A stretch of DNA of 58,159 bases, the filler included, from Sluysia triapertura (lineage: Eukaryota), in the NCBI GenBank assembly GCA_046118255.1. It is 4 parts of 4 records of this genome, joined end to end, with 100 filler letters (N's around TTAATTAATTAA, not from the genome) between each part and the next. Parts side by side here need not be neighbours in the genome. Positions count along the whole stretch, not along the records: positions 1 to 21,458 come from JBJNIA010256186.1; positions 21,559 to 35,803 come from JBJNIA010002007.1; 2 more parts are not named here. The stretch is one strand, 5' to 3'. The first letter of the stretch is position 1. The number at the start of each line of letters is the position of its first letter. Under the pieces are notes generated by a model. It saw only the letters and a list, made by a program, of their open reading frames with translations. It searched no databases and was not told where the DNA came from. This document shows positions 13,761 through 25,194 of this stretch, piece after piece. The position numbers were made by a program, and so were the translations under genes.

Positions 13761-14508
13761 GGTGAATTCAATTCAGTAAATAAGATGCATTCAATGTAAT
13801 TCAAACGTCAAGCATACAAAACTCAATTAATATTCAAACCTAATTACAATATTTTGCTGTGGTTTTTATTGATTTTTAAGTCTAAACCTACAGCAAAATA
13901 GAAAATTGAATAGGGTTCGTTTACAGTAAGCGTCTTACGTCGTAAAGAAGGCACCTCTGTAGCAAAATAAATTAAACTAAATAAGGTAACTTAAACTTAT
14001 AACATTATAATTAGAGGGTCAATAATTTAATAAAATTTACAAACGACCAACAAAGTTTTATTAAAATAAAAATGTACAATTGAATATCTAAACTAAATTA
14101 TAGGAGAAAAATCAAAAGAATCGAGAGTTAAAATTTAATTACTGATTTTAATATTAAAACTCGTTTGAGTATTTAATATTTTATTATTATTAATTTACTG
14201 TGGATTTTAGCCCTCAGTATATCGGGGAACCTTAAGATTTTTAAGTCTAGTTTACGATATTAACTCCCTTAAACGAAATTAATATCAATCCTAACAAAAC
14301 AAAGATCGATAAAAATCCAATGATGATTTTTCTTAATCTGCTGTAACTGATGTGAATTGAACTACGTTATCTGTTGTTGCAAATGAGAGTTTATTGGGCA
14401 AAATGGCTGCTTACAAATGACCAGTTTTTACAAATGGTTTTACAAATGGCGATTTTCATTGTATTGATGCTAGTTTATATACTAGTCATCATCCAATGAA
14501 AATCGATG

Positions 14509-14554
14509 GAATGTTCTAGAATGTTCTAGAATTTCTAGAACATTCTAGAAGTTC
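14509..14554. promoter_or_regulatory. Heat-shock-element (inverted nGAAn) array
   Basis: GAAtgTTCtaGAAtgTTCtaGAAtTTCtaGAAcaTTCtaGAAgTTC gives 10 alternating units with two 1-nt phase slips. CCAAT at 14493-14497 and TATA-like boxes on both sides. Confidence 0.6.
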
Positions 14555-14813
14555 TGTGCTATTTATAGAAGCTAATTTCCTTTTTTAGAATTTTTACTTT
14601 CTTTTTTAGAAAAAATAATTTCTTTTTTGGAAAATAATTGTTTTTTAATTAATTTTAATTGATTTTAGAATATTTTTTATGATTTTAAATAATTTTTTCA
14701 TGATTTTAAATAGTTTTAAATAATTTTTAGGCGTTATTTTATTTTACATTTTACATTATTTTTTACATTTTACTATACACATGTAATAACAATGACAACT
14801 ATGCTTATATTTT

Positions 14814-14911
14814 TGTTGGAATATAGGACTAAGGTGCCATTTAATAGAGCATCGATCTGAGCAGCGAGCGGTCCCGAATTTGATCCCAGGTCAGTCCACT
14901 TTATGAAGTCT
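14814..14911 (+). mobile_element. Degenerate LTR of the tRNA-bearing TRIM, opposite orientation
   Basis: TGTTGG...TAAGGTGCCATTTA..AGAGCATCGA..GGTCCCGAATTTGATCCCAGGTCAGTCCACTTTATGAAGTCT matches the reverse complement of the other copies. The 3' terminus is lost. Confidence 0.7.
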
Positions 14912-15403
14912 TGTTATCACTATTCTAATTGTTACTGTATTTCTTATTCTTTCACTATAAGTGCTTTTTTTCCATTCAGTCAAATTACTTAGTACTTATT
15001 ATTTTATGCATGCATTATTTTATAACCTCATTATTTATTATTGTTAACTTTCTTTTCCGTCTATTCAAATAGACTTATAATTCATTTTTAAACTACATCT
15101 ATTTTCCATTTACTTACATTTTTACTTATTATGAAATTTTTATTAAAACATAATGATTCTAAATATTCAATCAACTGCATTTTAAAACTACTCAACCATC
15201 TAATAGTCAAAAGATGTGAAAAAAGTTGATTTTTTTCAAACATTTGGAAATGTAAAATTCATTTATTAACTCAATCACAGAGTGTAAAACCTAGTATTTT
15301 ATATAAAATTAAATAAATGTGATACTCTTGTCGACATTACGGTCGCGATATTTTATGATAAAAAGAGAATATAATGATAACTTAAAAGAATGATATCCTA
15401 AAT

Positions 15404-16096
15404 CAGGGATGGCGAACTTTTCTTGATGTCCGTGCTACAAAGTCGAAAAAATTCTTTTTTAAATAGGTAACGTGCCACAATAAAATTTCATTCGAAATGT
15501 TAACGTGGTGAAACTAAACGTAAGTACAATTAAATAAACAAATAAAAACAATTCTTCTTTAAACAATTTTTTATTAATCAATGTTTTACAAAAAGCAATA
15601 TGTTAGAAACAAAATTCACGTTATAAACAATTGTTTCTTTTGTGATTTTTGTTGCTGTACACAAGATGAAAGAGATTTAATATCTGGCTCGTATTTAGTT
15701 AATTTCAGCATTACACATGCAGAGATCGACTAATTCGTCAAAGACGACGATTTACTAAAAATAACTAATGCAGTTTGTCGTATGATTCGATAGCTGCGAC
15801 GGCAACAATATGCAATAACATTAAAAGGCGAAACTGGATAGGCAAATTTTATCTAATGCGCATCTTTATATATTTCAAGAGAATTCATGCGATATTTTAA
15901 TAATAAAATGTATAATTTGACGGTTCTAGTTAACATACTAAAATAGGTATTCTCAGTACTACAAATTTATATCATAAATTATAAATTAATAACTTTTAAT
16001 TCATTTTTATCAAAAAAAATAATTGTTTTTGTGCGTGCCATCAAAACTTTCAAATATGCCACTTGTGGCACGCGTGTCATTGGTTCGCCATCCCTG
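15404..16096 (-). mobile_element. Non-autonomous hAT (Buster/Charlie-type) DNA transposon, 693 bp
   Basis: 14-bp TIRs CAGGGATGGCGAAC / GTTCGCCATCCCTG. Perfect 8-bp TSD TCCTAAAT with central TA. Minus-strand remnant of the transposase C-terminus (SACVMLKLTKYEPDIKSL..QQQKS) at about 15640-15725. Confidence 0.93.
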
Positions 16097-16662
16097 TCCT
16101 AAATTATTAAAAACAATAATAGAGTTATATTGTGTGTTTTGTAGTGGGAAATGATTTTCTTCCATGGAAAATTTAATTTGTTATTTGACAGCGTTTCATT
16201 CAGATTTCAAATTTCAAACACGGTCAGCAAAATTAAAATATCAACATTAGATAGTAGAAGAATGTACACCATCTATGGATCTGGTTTTGTTAATGAATAA
16301 CTGACGTACAAATAAAGCAATTTGCCTTATATTTGCTTTTTCATTAGTAATATAGCAGATAAAGAACAAGTTATTTATGAAGATTGTTTAGATAATTTAC
16401 TAATACTAACTCACAGATCTTGACTAAACTTGGCAAACAAAAACTATGAAAAGTGATACCTTTCATTTTTCGGCAGACTTAATTTTATCTGACTTAATTT
16501 TTGAATATCTTGAATATCTTTAGAATGGTTAACAATATTTTCAGTTAACTTTCAAATTTAAATTCACCATAAAAAATCTTTCCATAGATATGTGTTGACA
16601 TTTGATTCTCCCGTATTAATTTTTTTTCTTATTTTTCGAGTTTTCAACGTTTTTCAACTATT

Positions 16663-18085
16663 TCAAGTTTCATCTTCAACATCAACATGTTTGGATAAGT
16701 TTATGGGGGAATTAGTTTGTTTGTAAGGGTCTTTAGGGCATTCATAGACGTTTTTGATTTTATACTTCAATAGTAGTTTAATAAGCTGTTGTTCAAACAA
16801 TAAAATAACATGCATATTTTTACGTTCGTTTTGAATTAGTTCATATAACATGTTTAGTGTATTAAATGATTTTATATTAATATAGTTCAATTCGATTACA
16901 TACATGTCTGATTCGGAAACTTTTAGTATTCCTTTCTTATTACTTAAATATAGATAGTTTTTAATTTCATAATGCCTTAAAATCTTGTTAACTCTAAAAT
17001 CTTTAAGTGCTAAAATCATAGTTTGAATTTCGAATTCGTTAAAAGGCTTAACTTTGCTTATTGTCATAATGCATACAAAGATTAATTTATTAATCAAAAA
17101 GAATACGAAGACTTCTGAGTTAGTACTATACAAATTTATTAATAACATGTATAAAACAATTAATTTAGAATGATGAATAATTATGTTAACATTAAGGATT
17201 TTATTTTCTTTTGTTGAACTTCACTGATCCGGATGCTAAACATTTTAACTGAATAAAAAATTAACAGGTATAGCAATTTAAAACTTACACTAGAACAACT
17301 GAGTCTGTAATAGATCTTGTTAACGAAAATCAGAAATCCTCCATCGATTAGTTTCCAATAAGAATATGTTTGATATGAAATTGGTCCCAATACTTTTCGT
17401 TGTGATTTTCAATTTCCTTAATTACTCGACTCTGACCAGACTTGTTTATCCAACTTCTTAAACGAAATACTGATCTTCTCGAAGCATCATAGGAAAAGTG
17501 TCGATTTGATTCAATATTTGTAGTAATTACCACATTAACTTTAAAATCGCTGACTATAAATTGAATGTTTTGCGTGTTGGGTAAATTGTTAATATTAATG
17601 TTGATCCATCGTTGATCACTAAAGAAGACATAGCTATGAACTTCATCGAAATATATAACTTGAAAGTATGGTTTATAAAACATTTCTAAGTTTAGCATAT
17701 TCCTCAATGATAGATTTGTATAAATATCTACGATCACATTTAGGAAGGTAAGATCATTATATGATGATTGATCTTTGATAGTACGAGTTATTTGTTTTTT
17801 TATTTCTTTGCGTCGTAATGCTATTAGAGAAACAATGAACGATAAATTGGCATCATAAGCATGATAATTTGCTAAATTAGAGGATTTCCGTTCATCATTT
17901 AACAAAACGATTTGAACTCTTTCGATATCTACTAAAGAAACATTTCTTGTTGGATTCAATAACGTAGGTTCGGAATTAATTATCATATTCAAATCATTAA
18001 CGGTTGAATGAGAATACCTATTATTATTCTTTGGTGTAACTTTATTGATCCTAGAGGAAATCTGTGAAAATTTAGCGTCTATCAT
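16663..18085 (-). pseudogene. Frameshifted orphan gene (three consecutive ORFs of 245, 69 and 161 aa), cargo of the unclassified element
   Basis: The longest ORF in the window plus two overlapping or adjacent same-strand ORFs. Weak peptide similarity to 33300-33800 (+). No family recognised. Confidence 0.5.
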
Positions 18086-18419
18086 TATTTTTATTCGATA
18101 TATAGGCTTTAATCCTTTTTAAACAAAGTACCACGATATTGCAAAATCTAAAAGCATCCACTAACGAAATTCAATCGTGTGTTTTAGTTCTCTAATAAAA
18201 TCCAATCTTTATACAATTATTAGATAATTTTTATGATATCACAAATAAGTACAATTTCTAATACTATATCCAGTAAATAATAGTTAAAAAGTGATGAACT
18301 TTGATTAGTATTGTTATAATCACATAAACGTGTTTGGATTTTAAACTATTATTAACCACTGGTAACGATGATATATTTAGTTTTTGTTATTTTCAGTTTA
18401 TAATTTTTTGTGCCTTTTC

Positions 18420-19511
18420 ATTGATCATCCAATCGAGGCTTTTAAAAATTTTTTACATGATAAATTAGGTTTCGATTGGATGAGATAGGTAAGATTTTAC
18501 TTACTAATTAATTTAAAGCCTAACTGATGACTGACCATCATCAGCACTGACAGTCCAATGAAAAATGTGACACGGACTGTCAACACTGGTGATGGCAGTA
18601 ACCGGATTGATCATCGATTATTAAAATTTTTATTTTTAATTATTTAATAACAATCATTGCGATTATTATTATTATTAAACAAAACGCATAAACCTTATCT
18701 TCAAAGACTTTACACGAGCTTGTCTTTTTGATTCTTACTTTTCTTACATATTGAAAAGAGAAATAAAAACAGATGGCATGCTGTGAAGGAGCAACGGTAA
18801 CGAGGTATACAATGTATCATTTGTCGTTGTTGCTTCACGGTACGATAATGAACTCTTTAAAGTTGTCTTAAATTTGTTTTAAAAGATAGGAATGGTTTAA
18901 GTTGTAAGTGAAATGAAGAGTGTTAAAATAATTTGTTGGAATTTATAGAAGATTTTTAATTGAAAACAAGATTTATGCATTGAATATAATGATTTGAAAT
19001 GCTTATTGAAAGGTTGAAGTTAGTTTAATTTTAAACGACAATTACAAAAAAAATCTTGACGTATTTATAATGTTGTTACGAATAAATGTTGATGATGAAT
19101 ATGTGTAAATGAAGTTGGTTTGGTTTGGTGTAGTTGATTGAGAGTTTTAATGCAAAAGTTATTTATGTCTGAGGTAATTATTAATGTTATAAAATGATGT
19201 TATTGTATTTATAATTTGTGTACCATATATTATGGTTGTGGTCTGTCTGATGAAGTAGTTTTTGAATGAATGTTGTGGATTATTCGAGCTTAATTAGCAG
19301 GGTATATTGTGGAGTGAAAGTCGAGGGTGTTAATCGAATTGTTGATATATGAATTTGTGAGATTTTATAAATGTCGAGTGTTATTTATGATGATTGAGTT
19401 GATATAGTTCGATAGTATGAAGTGCGATTGCTTTGGAAATTGTGTTTTAGTGAAATTTAAATTATGGATAGTATTTTAATAACTTTTAAGTTGTGAGTGT
19501 TGGCCACTACA
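18420..19511 (-). mobile_element. Unclassified repeated element, copy A (boundary motif, skewed leader, hairpin cassette)
   Basis: Minus strand begins TGTAGTGGCCAAC. The + strand leader is G/T-skewed. The reverse complement of 18560-18616 matches 41243-41300. Confidence 0.6.
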
Positions 19512-19723
19512 ATACAATTATTAATAATGATACTAAAGTTACAACAACGATATTCCACTTCACATATACCACTCGATTTTCAATTTTTGCATGTAATTCA
19601 GAATCAAATTTAATTATCATTTTTTTAGATATTTTAACTTTTTTTGTCATTAAATATATGATTCAAATAAGTTTTAGAAATAATTATTGATTTTTTTATT
19701 TTCTATAATTTTTTATACTTTAT

Positions 19724-21144
19724 TTACAGCAAATGCGGATATGTTTCAGATTCAAGAAGTAGATTACGAAAAAATGCACAATTTACATGAACATGTGTTG
19801 TACATTGTGAATATGTGCATTTACACAAAGGAGTATTGTGTTGCCTTCCGTGGCAAACGTAACACTCTGTAAAATTATCAGTGCTGCTGTTGATAACTGA
19901 ATATGAAGTAGCAGCTTCGTTACTATTACTATTAGTACTATCATTAATAGTAATAGATAAAGGTGCGTTAGTAGTTAAAACGTTTGATTGATTAGATTGA
20001 AATGTTTTAATAGATGTTGAGGTAAACTGTGTTGGGCAATGAGGTCGTCGTCGAACAATGTCATCCAATTGTATGTTTGAATAAGTAACGTGCACATTAT
20101 GTGTGCCCATCTGTTATGACCATTACTGTTTGACATTTTTTAAGCGCACATATTGCTGGTTGAGCATAAATAGCAATATATATCAGGAATAAATTTTAAC
20201 ATCTATCGTCTTGATTATTTTTAGAATCTCCTCTTGTACTGATAGAATTTCGGCTTTTTGATGTACCATAACAACGAGCATGAACAGTCAAGAAGCACTC
20301 ATCACAACGTAAAATTCTGCTTTTCAGTTGACTGCAAATAACAAACTGACGATCTGTACTGAAAGCTAATTGAGAAATGCGAAGTTCAGTGGGTTTAGGA
20401 ATCAAAGATGAATTATAAGAAGATTTAGCTTTCAGTAAAAGTTCACTGACTTTTGAAATTGGCCAAATAATACTGCACACAATGAGGGTAAAAATTTTCA
20501 GTCAAATAATTACATGCTTTTTCAACTTCGAAATCAAATGCCTTTCTACACCAACGAGCTTCGAAATTAGTTTTCCAATACCGTTCGATTCATTATTGGA
20601 GTTATTTTGAATACTTGAATGTTCTTTTGATTTTTTATTTTCTCCAATTTTACCTGCTTATCGCCATTATCATCAGCTGACTGACTTGTAGTAACTTCTG
20701 ATTTAATGTCTGCCAACTTTTGTGGATGTGTTCTTTGCAAACGGCTACCTTTTTTCATAATTGCTGTATCAAAAATCTCGAAAAATATAGTTTGTTTTTG
20801 AAGATTTATCATTATTGGTTTCTAGAGACTTTTTGACGATCTTGCTGCAACTGTGATCGCTATGCTGATAATATTCTTTTGATTTATTTCTTCGTTTTTC
20901 TCGCTTCACAGAGCCTAAATACAATTGCTTACTAGCCGGAATAACTTTTAATTCACTAAATATTTGCTTGTATACTTTTAGTGGATTGGAAACGTTACCT
21001 TGACCACTCATCCAAGCATCGTATTGTTCTCGTGATTGAAAATGTCGTACAAAGGTTCCATGTTGATTTTCACTGTATCTGGTCAGCTTGTTTTCCATAA
21101 TCAATCAAACGATCGGTTGCAAATTTAGTTGATTCTGAACAGTT
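19724..21144 (-). pseudogene. KDM4: Disrupted partial copy of a KDM4/JMJD2-family histone demethylase (end of JmjC through PHD-Zn knuckle-PHD)
   Basis: Frameshifted pieces in KDM4 order: NCSESTKFATDRLIDYGKQA, DTVKINME, FVRHFQ..YDAWMSG, RWCRKAFDFEVEKACN..YPHC, LRCDECFLTVHARCYG, CYLCST..ALKK..RWAHIMC, CYVC..CKCTYSQCTTHVHVNCA..ETYPHLL. Confidence 0.85.
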
Positions 21145-21359
21145 AATATGATAAATACAGTTTCATCATTTCCTCGCACTACAATGAAAATATTTGCTTT
21201 CGAATCTTGTTTCTCAGTATTTGATAAAGTAATATTCTCCATAGTAAGTACAGACATATAACTTTGCTATGGAGATATTAGAATAATTAACTTTCTGTGA
21301 GATAGTTCAATTGAAACATTGGAATTATTACAAGACCAAATTTTATAACAGATACCAAA

Positions 21360-21458
21360 TGTATACTTCGTAAAATGGACTGACCGAGGATCGAACCCGG
21401 GACCTTCGATGCGCAGTGCGAATGCTCTCCCACTGAGCTATCAGCCCCGTCTAACAAT
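21360..21458 (-). mobile_element. LTR of the tRNA-bearing TRIM truncated by the contig end, with adjacent PBS-like TGGTATC
   Basis: Best-preserved cloverleaf (21447-21376): acceptor GGGCTGA/TCAGTCC, D-arm GCTC/GAGC, T-arm CCGGG-TTCGATC-CTCGG. TGG starts 2 nt after the LTR end (21357), the same geometry as at 9491. Confidence 0.8.
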
Positions 21459-21558
21459 NNNNNNNNNNNNNNNNNNNNNNNNNNNNNNNNNNNNNNNNNN
21501 NNTTAATTAATTAANNNNNNNNNNNNNNNNNNNNNNNNNNNNNNNNNNNNNNNNNNNN
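21459..21558. other. Artificial assembly gap/linker
   Basis: 44 N + TTAATTAATTAA (stops in all six frames) + 44 N. Confidence 0.97.

Positions 21559-21630
<72 letters not shown>
21559..21630. repeat. (TAT)n microsatellite at contig start
   Basis: Direct reading. Confidence 0.95.
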
Positions 21631-21639
<9 letters not shown>

Positions 21640-24600
21640 ATTTTCATTATTAATATTATTTAAATATAATTAATTACTTTACATATAATACGTGATCGAT
21701 AATTTAATGGACAAATTTGCATGAATTGTTTAAACTAGTTAATATCTAAATTTATGTTATAATGAACATTTAATATCTGCAATATAATATGATATTCTGA
21801 GACATTTAATAATGTGACTTATTCAGTTAATGCGCTCATGCTTGAAAAAGAAAAAACAGTCTCAAAAAAACTGATATCAGCACGATAAGTTAATCGTAAT
21901 AGCTTTGCGATCTAGTCGTGTAACTAGACCAAATGATATGTTTATTTTTTATTTTTATCAGAACTGTTCGTCTAATACTACGAAAAATAAAAAATTTACA
22001 AGTTTGAAAATACAATTAATAATGGTGCCAATAGTGCCATAAGTTATTTTGCATTTGTACGAAAACCTTTCTCACTAGACATTCTATGATTATTACATCA
22101 GTGCTTGTGTAATCCACTAATATCAAATAGTTAGTTAATCTTGCAATATTTTCGATAAAAAGAAATAAGACTAAAGTAATTTAGTAAATTTAGAAACTGT
22201 AAATTTTATAGGAAATTAACTTTTATTTTGCAAAAACGTTATAAAAATAATATTTTAATAGTGTGTTACATTTCATTTTATAAATGTAATGTGTATAATA
22301 AATCTAATTTACTGTATACATTACATTTATTTGTAAATAAAGTAGAAAATCTAAACTAAGAAATACTAATCGTTAAATTATATTTAATGCTAATATCTAC
22401 TATGAAATAATTACTCAAAAGTGCTTAGAATACGTCATTCGTCATTATATATTTCTTGTACATATATATAATTTTGGTTTCCATACATTTTTCAAAGAAA
22501 TATCAATTAAGTTTGTAACATTTTAGTCTTTTTCGAAATAGTGACACTTTGTAATAAACTATCAGTTCGAAAAAAATGTCAAGATCTCCTATGGAACAAA
22601 ATGGTTCATTTTTTTGTTTCACTTGAGATGTAAAAATCTGAGGAGTTTAATTAGGACTCTAAGGGAGAATGTGAAAAATCATATCCTACTGTTTTTATCG
22701 AGAGTCAATTTGTATTTACTTTTTTCCACACAAATGGTAAAGATCATGTGTCACCTTCCTGTTAGTAAAGAAGTGCTATTCTTTCATGTTATAAAGTTTT
22801 AGGTATACTTTAATAACATTCTGCTTAATCTGTTGGTATTACTATTGTTTTATCGTCATAGATTTTAACATTTTTGTCATCGAAAATGTCTCATAAGTAA
22901 CGAAAATTTTTCGTTTCTTATATTTCATTAGCCAATCACAAAAATTCTACAAATTTGTATTTTTGAGATACATAAAATGTGACTATTTACCGTGTTTGTT
23001 CACATTTTTCATTTGTACACAATTTGTGAACATTATTCATATTCAAGATATAATTTCCATCATCAAATGCTACTATGTAAACAATATAAGTGTAGCAGCT
23101 TAGCTACTTGCATTCATGCTGTTAGTGACTTTTGAGATACTTTTCGGCAAACCTTTGCTATTTCAATCCAACAGAAACTAGAGAATAGATTCGATGTCTC
23201 AACAAGCAACAACGATTTCTTGCTAAATGATGGCAGCAGCTATGGGCAATTTGATCCTTCACTTGGAAAGTGTAATGAAAAGAAGAACTTTAAAATATTG
23301 ATGCATTCGTGTATTTCTGAAATAAAATGTGCTGCAAATTAATTAATATTTGTTATTCGATTTAGTCAAACATGTTCGTCACTTTTGAGACACTGCATAT
23401 TTGTAGACATTTATTACAAACTGTTAATCTTTCATTGCACATTTATTCCTTTCGAAAACAAACCACCAAATTATTTTTCGATGAGCTCAGTTTTCATAAG
23501 TATTTTCGAAAAAATATATAATTAATATGTAAACAATATTTTAACGATTTATTATGTTTATTTTTACATTAAATTATTTTAGTTTTTAGAATCTAATAAT
23601 ATGATGAGTTATAGTTTATTGGTTGGAATTTATGATCCTGAGGCAGCGTTATCTAGTGCTTGTACTAACACTGGACCAAGCCAAGTAGATGGAACTGGTT
23701 CTGTTGCTGTTGAACCTAGTGCAGGAATAATGAGCGATGAGGAAGGAATGGTAAGTCCTGGTGAAGATGAGGATGATGGTGGCGATGAGTCAGATACCGG
23801 GGTTGGAACTAATGTTTGTAGTCCTATTGCTGAAGTTGATATACCTAATAAAAGAGGAGATGAAAATAATGGTTAGTGGAAATGACAGATGAAAACTAAT
23901 AATAACTTTAATATTTTTGTTTAACGTTTTGTGAGTTGTAAAGTGATTGACATTAAAATTATGCGTTATGAATTGAGCCACCACAATGTTTTCAAACACA
24001 AAATATAAATAAATGAGTTCGGATACATAATAACTTAGCTACGGAAATTAGGATCTTATAAAACACAAATTATGAACTTAAATAAACAAAATAAGTTAAT
24101 TAAAAGTTAGTAACTTTTAATGAATCAAAATTTTAATTAAAACAAATTAAATTGACATTTAAAATTCTACAGAAGAAATGTTAAATAACATGTTAAGTAA
24201 ATGAATTTACAATTATTAAAATAAGTACGACAAACTTAATATGGAATCGAACTAACGAATTAATGCTCGCAAAATCAGTTTTCAGTAATTTTCGAAGATG
24301 GACAAAAATGTATAATTGAGAAATTATATCGAAATTCTGTCCATATTGTGTTTCTTGGTGAGGTGTTGTGAGGAATTGTGAAAAAAATGAAAATGGATAT
24401 ATATACTCAGTTTTAGTTTTCACTGATTAGTTAACCAATCAGTTGCTTATATTTAATATGGAAAATATTTATTATATTTGTTATATTACTATTATGAATT
24501 ACATTTATTTATTATTACTATTGTGTTGAAATAATTTTTTTATAAAAGTCGAATTTCTTTGCATACTTTATTATATCGACAAATTTATATATGCTTGTGA

Positions 24601-24980
24601 TCAATGTAAGTTTCTCAAAATCTTGCAAACTACATTTGATTAAATATTCTCTCGTTTTTTCCTGTTACCGTTGTGTGGTTTGTTGAAATTCCATTGGTAT
24701 TTATAGTAATAATTTTACAAATAAATCCAATAATATATCATTCAATAAAAATAATATTCATTCATTAATGCAATTCAATTATAAATAATTTGTACCAAAG
24801 AACAATTTTATTCATTAGTAATATTTCAATAAATAATAGTTTTAGTGCAAAATAATAATTTAGTAATAATTTTGTATCATTCAATAATACAAGTATAGCA
24901 TAATAAGTATCACTTTTCGTCTAAATTTAATACAAAGGAATAGTTTTAGTGTAAATAGTAATGAAGGTAATATAAATTAA

Positions 24981-25194
24981 CCTTTTCAGCCTCGGGACCG
25001 CCATATGGCGTCAGTGGCGATTTTTTCTCTTTCACAACTGCTATGCAAGATCCTACTAAAGTAATACGAAGAGCATAATTTTAGCTTCCTCAAGATATAA
25101 AGATTACCTTGAACGTAATTACAATTTTCATACATTCAATAAAGACAATAAATCACCATATATCATAAGGAAAAAAAATTCGGGGCTGAAAGGG
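24981..25194. mobile_element. piggyBac-type MITE, 214 bp
   Basis: TTAA on both sides. TIRs CCTTTTCAGCCTCG / CGGGGCTGAAAGGG match at 12 of 14 positions. Internal palindrome CGCCATATGGCG. Confidence 0.8.

Noticed and set aside
6264-21447. Cluster of functional tRNA genes
   Set aside because: Anticodon stems are irregular and differ among copies, and all copies sit inside TG..CA repeats, several with TSDs.
21503-21514. TTAATTAATTAA as a biological motif
   Set aside because: It is centred identically in three 100-bp N gaps, so it is an assembly linker.
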